Source: Octopus sinensis (taxonomy: Eukaryota). Taken from it: DNA of 64,000 nucleotides. The notes beneath the pieces are model-generated. The model saw nothing but the letters and a program-made list of their open reading frames with translations. It had not been told where the DNA came from and made no database searches. The stretch covers positions 87,482,001-87,546,000 of the forward strand of contig NC_042997.1 in assembly GCF_006345805.1 (NCBI RefSeq). The letters run 5' to 3'. This document shows, one piece after another, positions 52,740 through 62,629 of the stretch; position 1 is the stretch's first letter; each line of letters begins with the position of its first letter. A program made the translations under genes and the position numbers.

Positions 52740-54013
52740 AAGCTAATGTAATTCCTAGGTCTTCTTATAACAAGAGTTAGCAACCTCATTAGATTGAAAT
52801 GCAGTAATCCAATTTTATTGTCTGACATGGTTACTTTAAGATATTTCTATAAGCTTCGTCTTTGGCAGACTCACAATGCTGTTAACTTATTAAAACTCTA
52901 ATGTAACCATTACTGAATACATTTGATTTGTGTCTACATTTCATGATTACTTCTGATTTTGAAAACTTGCAAATGATTTTAAAAGTTTTGAAACAAAGGG
53001 AAACATTTACTTCAAATTATATATTTTTTATTTGTTTCATTGTGTGTAACTACAATTTATATAAATAAATTTGTTCTGAAACTGATACTGTATATTATTA
53101 AGGTTTTACAATACAAACAGCTATCTTTGCTTTGTTGTTCTTTCAAGTTATTTGTGTATAATTTCTGTGCTTCTAGAAATATTTCTCTTTGTAAATTTCT
53201 ACTTACAAAGCTTTTTCAAACATCAAATTGACATCTGTTTCTTGAAGGGGAAGGCTATGAATTTGTTTTTTCTCCCCCCTTTTTTTATTTAGTACAATGC
53301 TTACAACCTAAATAGCATACTTCAGCACACACTGATTTTGCATTAATTAAAAAGGAGTCCCTCCTGCAGCATGGTTAATAGGGAGGGAGGTAGCAAGTGG
53401 GGGGGAGTAGTCTGCTCTGGGTGACCCTTTTTATGAGTCAGCACTTTTGGGTCTACTGTATAAGCTTAGATTTGCAGGTCCTGAAGTGAGTGGGGCAACA
53501 CAAGGGCTGCTCTGGCCAGCACACACCCTAGCTATGCCGCTGGTCTGCTCCTCTCTTCACTGGATGGCAACTACAATGGATACACTGTTACCAATACATT
53601 TTTTCTATGGGATTTAATGATACATCTGTATGTTTTAAGATTATGCCACATAACAAGACAAAATAGGGACCAAATTTACTTTTCTAGTTGACTGGAAAAT
53701 ATTTTACACTGCTATTGTAATGCTTGAAGTGAAATTTATTCTAAATGAATCATGTAAAAAATAAAAAAAAACAAAACAGCCACATTTTACATGTGTCTTG
53801 AAGAAAGTTTAACAGATTATATATTTACCATCTGGAATTCTGAAGATGGAAAGTCCAGTGGCATGTTTAAAATTTCTGACATTTCAATTCACTATGTTTT
53901 CTGTCTGCTGGGACCCAGGGGAGACATCAGTATCTGGGCTATGAACTTGAAATGTGTGGTGAAACAAATAAAGAAGACACAAGATTTTTCTGCATTGAGA
54001 ATGTAGTACAAAG

Positions 54014-54259
54014 CACTAGAGTAGCTGGAGGAGGCGGTCTACCCTGGGCGGCACCATTTTTGTGTCTGCTGTACGTTATAGGCCTGTATAGGCTGTACTG
54101 AAATTAAATATAGTGGTTTTAATGTCAAGACACGGACACTACTCACCATTAAATACAACAATTGATATAGTCATTTTGCAATAAGTATTTTTTGTGGGGG
54201 CCTGGGAGCTGCAAACTGAAGGACTGACTCAGGGGGCACACACTCTAGCTATACCACTG
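54014..54259. mobile_element. hAT-type MITE
   Basis: Ends cactagagtagct / agctataccactg, flanked by gtacaaag and gtaaacag (6/8 identical). A related end lies at 53528-53542. Confidence 0.6.
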
Positions 54260-54299
54260 GTAAACAGTTAACAAAAATAAAGGAAATTGTAATTTAAGC

Positions 54300-54610
54300 C
54301 ATTACTTGCTTACACAGTCTCTTTGCTCCCTATGAGGCATAGGCTAGCAATGACTCTTCTCCACTGCTCTTGACTCTGGGCTATCATTTCAACGTCCCTC
54401 CAGTTGGTTACATGTGTTTTCAGCTCTGCCTCACTATTTTTAGAACATTCTATTTTCTGCTTCCCCTGTAGGTATATATCTTTGTGAGGGAAGGCCTGCC
54501 TTTCCCAGGTTCTGTTGGTTTTGAATTATTATAAATGCTTCTGTAACTGTAGGAATGTTGGCAATAAGCAAACACGTTTTTACCTCTGGGAAGATGTGGT
54601 CTATATTTCT
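54300..54610 (-). mobile_element. 3' end of an RTE-like LINE
   Basis: EAELKTHVTNWRDVEMIAQSQEQWRRVIASLC, typical of the RTE C-terminus. Confidence 0.7.
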
Positions 54611-55859
54611 CTGGTTTCTATCCTTTGATTTTCCCAGTATAGGGGGTGGGTGCTTACCAAGAGCTTGCACTCTGCTGGCATAATTCTCAGGATCATTCAG
54701 GTATGCAATCCACTATACCACAGCGAGGAATGGGCCTTGTTGTGGATGATAAGCTATTAGGTTCTGTCAATTGCATGTTGTTCCAAAAGATTCTGCCATT
54801 TTCCATTTGTTTGCTATACCCTCTAAAGAAAAATTTCAGTTTAATAGTTTAATATCATAGACTCTTTTAGCCAGCAAAATGTAGCATTCATTAATGAGCA
54901 TCATGCAGGAAAAAATATACTATGTGCATGAATATTACTGAAATGAAATATAATCAATTAAAACTTCTGATTGGTTTTGAGAATGGATGTATTACTCTGT
55001 GGGAATTTCAAGACCATTTAGAGCATAAATATGCTGTTGGAGGGTTACGTCTTTTCATCCTAGGATAAAGCAAGAGCAATTATCTTTACAATAAATGTAT
55101 CTGGCTTTACATCAAGCAAAGCTGGCATCAACCATGAGTGAAGATGGTGTCTGCAAGTGAAAGTAACTTCTATGACAAATGCAACTTGCTTTTATGACAG
55201 GTGCAATAAGCTTCTCTGACAAGCATGGCCTATAATACTCCATAACTGACTTCTGCAACTGCAGCTCACTTCTACAAATGCATCTGTCTTCTACAAGTGT
55301 GGCTAGCTTCTACAATAATTGTAGTCAACATATACAAAAGCAGCTGACTTCTTTGACAAATGCAGTTGGCTTCTGTGGTGAGCACACCTTACACCATTCC
55401 TAATAAGGAAAGATTTGACATATTTTCTTAGTCATATCATCCAGCCCACTGGTCACATGAGCTATGCTATTTAATGAAACTATGAATTTGATGAAGGATC
55501 TGAACTAGGCAGTTAAGTAGGGTAATTGAATAAGAATATGCAGAACTCATTACAATCCTGACTCTCTTGCAGCAATAAATAACCTTTTGATATTATAGAA
55601 TAGAAATGTGAAGTCAGGTTCAACAAAGAGCTGGAAAGCACTGGAAAGGCTGAACTTCTAAAAGGTTGGTGAATCTTACATACGCAAGCATGAAAATGTC
55701 ATTGAGTGATATAAGTGATATATCTTAGTCCCATGCTTGACTAATATTTTATTTTATCAACTCTGAGATTATGGAATGTTAAGTGACTCCTGCAAGATTT
55801 GAGCACAAAATGTAAGAATTGATTACTAATGTAAGAATTGATTGCTAATATCTTTTACC

Positions 55860-56205
55860 TTCTTTCTTTAACTAGTTTTAGTCATTAGACTGCGGTCATG
55901 CTGGGGTACCACCTTGAAGAATCAACCCCAGTATTTATTCATTGTTAAGCCTGGCACTTTATTCTATTGGCTTCTTTTGCCAAACTGCTAGGTTACAGGG
56001 ACACACCAATGCAGGTTGTCAAGTGGTGATGGGGGACAAACACAATGGGCTTCTTTCAGTTTCTGTCTACCAAATCTACTTGCAAGGCTTTGGTTGGCCT
56101 GAGGCTACAGTAGTAGACACTTACTCAAGATGCTATGCAGTGGGACTGAACCTAGATCATGTGATTGGGGAGCAAGCTTCTTACCACACAGCCACACCTG
56201 TGCCT
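55860..56205 (-). mobile_element. SINE family A lacking the central microsatellite
   Basis: Both halves are present and joined directly at acaaacaca/atgggcttc. Confidence 0.82.
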
Positions 56206-56327
56206 ATGCAAAAATCTACAAATTACTGCAAAGAGGTATGATTGATTGATTGATTGATTCTAGTTTCAGCTTATGAGCTGTGGCCATGCTGGGGCACCGC
56301 CATTTGGTGTTGCTACTTGGTTTCACT

Positions 56328-59306
56328 TCACGAAAGCTTTCTAGCAACTGCCATTTGGTGCATGAGAGAGTTCGATGCAGCTGCCCTCATCTGCCCCTCC
56401 TGCCGTGAAGTTGGTTCATCTGGGACACCTGACAGGAAGAGATCCAGCTTCATTTTAAAGACATCTGCATCCAGCCATGCAGGTCTCTCAGGTTCTTCGG
56501 GAGGATATTGAAGAGCTGTGGGCCTCGGAAGCCCAGGCTATCACAGAATCTTGTCCTACATCTTGATGGCAAGTTTGGCAGTGGCGCCCAGTTCTGGCAT
56601 TTGCGTAACTCTCGATGCCAAAGTTCAGGACACGTCCCTCCAGGATCTTCCAGATGTATATTATGGCATATCTTTCCTGCCTACGCTCCAGGGAATATAG
56701 TTTTAATCTCTTGAGTCTTTCCCAGTAGCTTACATTCTGCATAGAGGCTATCTTCTTCGTGTAGCTACGTTGGATCGCCTCGAGCTCTGTGATCAACTTG
56801 ACACTGGATGGTGACCATAACTGAGAGCAGTAGTCAAAGTGGCTTAGGACAAGTGTCCTCCAGAGGACCATCATGGTTTCTTGTTCTCTTGTTCTAAAGG
56901 TTCTGAGGATCCATCCGGCCAGTCGTCTACATTTCATTGCCAATTTAGCAACATGTACACGAAAGGTCGCGTCATCACTCATGTAAATACCTAGGTCACG
57001 CACTGATTGTGCCTCTGGGATTGCTATTCCTCCGGTCCAGTGTATTCATTGGGTATTGCATTTAGTTTTGCATGCTGATAGTATAGAGCTTGAAACTTTT
57101 CAGCATTGAACTGCATGCTATTCTTTTCGGCCCACTTGTATATTTTGTCTAGCTCACATTGCAGGTGTTTAGTGTCCTCAGGGTTCTGTATTGCCTGTGA
57201 AACTTTTGTATCATCTGCATAACTTGTGATCGTGGCTTTCTGCGTGGCTGAGGGCATGTCTGAGAGGGCCATTATGAACAGTAGTGGTCCCAGAACAGTG
57301 CCCTGCGGAACACCGCTCACTATTTGCGTGTTAATGGAAGTGGCCCCATTGGCCACTACCACCTGACTTCTATCTTTCAGAAAGTCATGAAGCCATTCTC
57401 CCAGTTTTCCAACTATGTTGAGATCACGCAGTTTGTGACATATCATTCCATGATCGACTTTATCAAAGGCCTTTGCAAAGTCGAGATATATCACTTCCAC
57501 ATTTGAGTGGTTGAGCAGCCGTTTCAGCACCCAGTCATAGTGTTGTAGGAGCTGAGTTAAACAGCTTCTCCCTGGTCGGAAACCATGTTGGGTGTCGGGC
57601 AGCAAGTCATTCTCTTCAAGGAAGGTGATCAGCTTCCTTCTGACTATTCGTTCCATGACCTTACTGATGTGTGAGGTCAGAGAGATAGGTCTATAGTTCT
57701 TGGCTTCCGCTCTGCTACCTCCTTTATGAATGGGGCATATTTTACCTTCCTTCAGTTTTCTTGGAAGTTTGCCAGCTGCAAGGAAGCTCTGAAAGAGGAA
57801 CTGCAGTGGTCTTGCTAGGACTCTCTTACATGCTTTTAGGAGGATTGCCGGGAATCCACCGGGGCCAGTAGCTGAGTCTGTTTTCATTTCATCTATAGCC
57901 TTGATTACATCGTCTTCCTTTATATCGATGTAATCTATCGTCGCCGCCTCTGATTTTATATCTGCAGTGGTAAAAAAGTCAGTTGGATTGGTGATTTGGA
58001 GATGCCCAAGGGGTGGAGTGAAAACACTCTTGAATTGCTCATTTAGTATTTCACTTACCCTCATTGGTTTTCCTGTAAGTGTGCCATCCTTTTCGAGGAG
58101 TGGCCCTATTCTACAGTGCACCGTAGCTGTTTCTTTGGCATACCTGTAGAAAGCTCTGGGGTTAGATTTTATGTTGTCTATAGCCCAGGCTTCTTTGTCT
58201 GCTCTTTCCTTTTCATGGGAGAGTTGCAGACATTTTTCGATTTCCAACAGTTTTATTTTTAGGCGGGACTTTTCACTGCTTTCAATCTGTTTGTTTAGGC
58301 GATTTGAAAATTTTGTACGCCGTCTCATTAAAATTTTCCTCTCTCTGGGGATTTTGTTCTTGTGTACAGTGGCCTTTCTCTCTGGGACACATTTGTAGCA
58401 TATGGCTTGCATTACAGACATGAATTGTTGAAGTTTCACGTCGATGTCTGGCGAGGAGAGACATTTAGGCCAGTTTTGTTTGAGGATCTCTTTCTCAATT
58501 TGTTTCCAGTTTGCCTTATGGTAGTTCAAGCTGGAAAGATTCTGAGGGTTTCTTGTAGGCTGCATGTCCGTGCTCTCTTTTGGCCCGTACATGGTCAGCT
58601 CTATCATGTTGTGATCCGAGAGTAGTATCGGTGTCACTTTCACATTATGGATGAGATCCATGTCATTTGTGAAGCAGAGATCCAGTGTGTTACCTGCCCT
58701 GGTTGGTTGGAGTATTACCTGCTCCATGTACAGGGTGTTGATGAGGTTCAGGAGGGACCTCGCCTGTCCTCGTTCACATCTTGTCATTCCTGGGAGAGAA
58801 AGGCCCTCGGGCCATCTGACATAGGGCAGATTGAAGTCTCCCATAAGAAGTACACTTATGTGTTGTTCTAATGTCGTTAGAACTTCTTCTATTTTTATAA
58901 GGCAGTCTTCAAACTTGCCCACATGGCTTGGGGCATCTGGAGGGCGATATGTAGCACACACAACTACATCAAGTTGCCTAATATGTACAATTAGTGTGTC
59001 ACACACCGAGTTTGAGTATGACAAGAGGACCTGGGGTGTGAGGTCCTCACGGATGTACATAGCAACACCTCCATGACTCCTTTCTTTCCTGTCGGTTCGT
59101 AGTACAGCATACTGTGGTATGTGTAACTCCGCATCTGCTATATCCGGTTTCAGGTGCGTTTCCGTAAGTGCTATGCATAAGGCTTGATTGCATGCAACAA
59201 AGTCTCTCAGGAACGGGATTTTTGTCCTGTTACTGAGTGTTTGCAGTCCTCTGATGTTCAGTAGGAACATCGAGGTGAGGTGTACGTTGTTGCCGGCGGT
59301 GTCCAT
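56328..59306 (-). CDS. LINE ORF2: APE endonuclease + reverse transcriptase; open 59306-57024, C-terminal part broken near 57025, 56580 and 56475
   Basis: LNIRGL, ALTETHL, YRPP, MGDFNLP, TLDLCFT, SDH; YRPISLTS, QHGFRPGRSC, YLDFAKAFDKVDH, GVPQGTVLGPLLF, YADDTK; DLGI, LERRQER, RAAASNSL. Confidence 0.93.
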
Positions 59307-60159
59307 CCTGGGTCTGTTTGCTGTGGTGGTCTGGTATATAGTGGGTAGTCCCACCTGCGGGATTGGGTTTGATGAAGCCAGGTCAGCTGCTGTACAATCT
59401 TTTGTGCCATGCACAAAAAAGATGTTGCTCAGCAGCTGCCCTTTCGACAACATCATGTTGGTGGTTTGTGGCACGCACAACATCTGCGTACCTCCGCTTT
59501 GGGGCAAGTGGTGCGTGGTCCATCCCTTTTCCTTGTGTTGATGGTTTGTCCATCTGCCTCGTGTCTCTGTGGCAGGGTCCCCGATGTGCAAAGCGGCAGC
59601 CTGCACCTTCCTTTCCATGCCAGCAGGAACCTCTCAGGTAGAACCTACACACCTGTGTGCGCTGTTTGTTTCCATCTTTTGGGTTCCACTTCTATTCCTG
59701 GTTTTTTCACCCTTTGGTCCTGCTTGAGCTTTTCCTTTAGCTCTTCCAGCCCTTCTTTTAGTTTTCTTCCTCCCTCTACCTCTTCACCGGGTTCTCCGTC
59801 TCCATGGCCCTTGCTGCCGGTGGAGAACTTGCACCTGGGTTCACTTCCCGGGCAGGTTTCTCATTCAAAACCTCCTCCCGGGCGTCCACCAGGTGGGGGT
59901 GACTTCTTTCATCGTCTCCATTCTTGCCATCTTTGCCCCGCTCGTTCTCAAAGATGGCATCAAGTGCGCCAATGTGCGACCGTATAAGCGCATATGAGCG
60001 CACGAATTCCCGTCTCTTTCGCTCCATCTGAGCCGCTGTCCTCTTGTAGCCTTTGTTCTTCAGCGCAGCTGCAATCACCTCGCTAGGGCTATCTCCGTCG
60101 GCGCACTTCAAGGCTCGTACGAATAAATCTAGTTCGTCAGGTCTCCATGCTCTGGACAT
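59258..60159 (-). CDS. LINE ORF1 (frameshifted): N-terminal trihelix Myb/SANT-like domain, charged linker, CCCH zinc finger
   Basis: W..DELDLFVRAL...EVIAAALKNKGYKRTAAQMERKRREFVRSY, and C-x7-C-x8-C-x3-H (CRFYLRGSCWHGKEGAGCRFAH). A Gln/Pro-rich C-terminus appears after a T-run frameshift near 59415. Confidence 0.75.
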
Positions 60160-60219
60160 GCTGGATGATCTGTCTATTTGTTTATCTATCTAACTATGTT
60201 CGAGAGAAGACAAGAAGAT

Positions 60220-60950
60220 ATTAAGGCTAATTAGAAGATAGAGTATTTGAAAAAAAAATATTAACAATATTAAAGTTTGTGGGTAAAAACGTTATTTAAT
60301 CTTAAGGCTAATTAGGATATAGAGTATCTGAAAATATATTAGCAATATTAATATTATATTAGAGTGTGGGTAAAAAGGTTTTTTAATCTTAAGGCTAATT
60401 AGAAGATAGAGTATTCAAAAATATATTAAAGTGTGGGTAAAAACGTTATTTAATCTTAAGGCTAATTAGAGGATAGAGTATTATTAATATTAACAATATT
60501 AAAGTTTGTGGGTAAAAACGTTATTTAATCTTAAGGCTAATTAGGAGATAGAGTATCTGAAAATATGTTAACAATATTACTATTATATTAAAGTGTGGGT
60601 AAAAAACGTTATTTAATCTTAAGGCTAATTAGAAGATAGAGTATTCAAAAATATATTAAAGTGTGGGTGAAAAAGTTAAAGTGTGGGTAAAAACGTTATT
60701 TAATCTTAAGGCTAATTAGAGGTTAGAGTATCTGAAAATATATTAACAAATATTTAAAATGTGGGTAAAAAGGCTAATTAGAAGATATTAGAGTGTGGGT
60801 AAAAAATTAGAAGATGTTAAAGTGTGGGTAAAAACGTTGTTTATTCTTAAGGCTAATTAGAAGATAGAGTATCTGAAAAATTATTAAACAATGTTAAACA
60901 ATATTAAACGTTATTTAATCTTAAGGCTAATTAGAAGATAGAGTATCTGA
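60220..60950. repeat. AT-rich ~65-90-bp tandem array (10 units) immediately 5' of LINE ORF1
   Basis: aaggctaatt recurs at about 60223, 60304, 60391, 60458, 60533, 60621, 60708, 60770, 60849 and 60923. Confidence 0.92.
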
Positions 60951-61199
60951 AAGAGGAGAGATGAGAGGGTAAGAAAGAGGGGAAAGATTATTTATCTATC
61001 TAAAGTTCGTGAAAGTTCACGTCCATGCATATATACGCATACATATATACATACACGCACACACACATACATACACGTGCACACACACACACACATATAC
61101 ACAGACGGGGAGAGAAGGAAGGTGGAAAAAAAAAAAAATGAGTGAAAATATATTAAAATATATATATATTAAAGTGTGAAGAAAGGGTTATTTAATTCT

Positions 61200-61680
61200 G
61201 AAGCCAATTTCTGCCTTCGAGAACAGATATTGAGATGTAAACAAACAAAAATGGCGATCGTAACTTTAACGGAGATGTGGGCTTAAGTTAAGGGGGATAA
61301 AATAGGATAATAAACAAAATATGAAATAGAAGATGAAAGTGATACTTAATCCAACGATGTGGTCTGGATTTTTTGTGGTTTGCGGGATTATTTTCCAGGA
61401 GATGTTTCTTTTTCCTTCTTCTAGGAGATAAGTTACTTCAGTGAGTTTTTCCACCATGTGCGTTTTCGGCGAAAACAAAAATTATTACTGTATTTGGCTT
61501 CAGGCAAAGTATATTACGTTTTTGATTAATATATTTGTAACCGAAGTGTTGTAGTGGACTTTATGAGTTGAATTTGTGACTTTCAGTAGATTATTTCACC
61601 GATTTATGCACACTTTCTGCCTTTTTTAAACAGAGCAAAGGCGATATACGACTTTCCCTGTCGGAACCGGAAATACATAT
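61200..61680. promoter_or_regulatory. CpG-retaining, promoter-like region
   Basis: Many intact CpGs in non-repetitive sequence, YY1-like AAAATGGCG (~61250) and ETS-like CCGGAAAT (~61666). Minus-strand ATG at 61457 opens MVEKLTEVTYLLEEGKRNISW. Confidence 0.4.
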
Positions 61681-62109
61681 ACGTATATAGACAATAGAAC
61701 TGATTCTAGTACTTCACTTGAAATTTATCTATTCTAGGTGAGTGAAAGACTAATTTTGACATTAACTGAATTTGAACTCAAGGTACAAAAAGATGTATCT
61801 GAATACTGCAAGGCATTTTCTGGGCCCCTTCACTACTCCTATATTATCTTTTACTTCTTTCAGACAGTGACCATGCCAGTGCACCACCTTGAAGGGTTTT
61901 AGTTGAACAAATTGACCCCAGTATTTTTTTTTAAATGTGTTACTTATTCTATTAGTCTCTTTTCTTGAACTGCTAAGCTATAGTAATGTAAACAGACCAA
62001 CACCAAGCAATGACAAAGACTGACACAATGACTCAGTCACTCACTCTCACACATACACACATACACCCCCCACATATATATATATATATACACATGTAGG
62101 CATGTGTGT

Positions 62110-62153
<44 letters not shown>

Positions 62154-62291
62154 ATATTTACTTGCAGTTAAACATATGTCCAGTTATAGAGTAACCAATG
62201 GTTTCGTATCCATAAAGCACTTAGCTTTATAGATGACTTGTCAGACTCTAAAGGAAGAGGGCATATAACCTCTCTTGACCAGACATATATT

Positions 62292-62494
62292 CCTTTATTC
62301 TTTTAGCACAAGGCCCTAAATTTTGGGGGAGGGGACCAGTCGATTAGATTGACCCCAGTACGCAACTGGTACTTAATTTATCGACCCCGAAAGGATGAAA
62401 GGCAAAGTCAACCTTGGCGGAATTTGAACTCAGAATGTAGCGGCAGACGAAATACCGCTAAGCATTTCGCCCAGCGTGCTAACGTTTCTGCCAG
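62292..62494 (-). mobile_element. Young SINE family B (CpGs intact)
   Basis: Antisense ctggcagaaacgttagcacgctgggcgaaatgcttagcggtatttcg...gggtcgataaattaagtaccag. Confidence 0.92.
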
Positions 62495-62629
62495 TATTGC
62501 TCTATCCTTTTGAGTGTGCTTCTTTTTCGGATATATGATCCATTGACAGATGGATATGTAAACAAAATACGACCATACCTGGTCAATAATTAGACACTTG
62601 GGTCTCTACAACACACTATCCCGGAAATG

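Larger units (their letters stand above)
56238..60160 (-). mobile_element. Young, near full-length CR1-group LINE with (AATC)n tail
   Basis: ORF1 and ORF2 both present, CpGs retained, 3' end gattgattgattgattgatt on the plus strand. Confidence 0.95.

Noticed and set aside
53791-54006. Plus-strand 71-aa ORF with faint WD40-like words (TIWNSEDG, GDISIW)
   Set aside because: No supporting splice signals or neighbouring plus-strand exons. The minus strand has the better splice signals.
59307-59618. First ~105 aa of the 864-aa ORF as part of ORF2
   Set aside because: This stretch overlaps ORF1 in another frame and has no EN similarity. ORF2 more plausibly starts at MDTAG (59306).
59188-59987. Plus-strand ORFs of 92-192 aa inside the LINE
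   Set aside because: Antisense shadows of GC-rich LINE coding sequence with no recognisable motifs.
60220-60950. Regularly spaced repeat array as a possible CRISPR
   Set aside because: Intervening sequences are variants of the same unit rather than unique spacers, there are no cas genes, and the context is eukaryotic.
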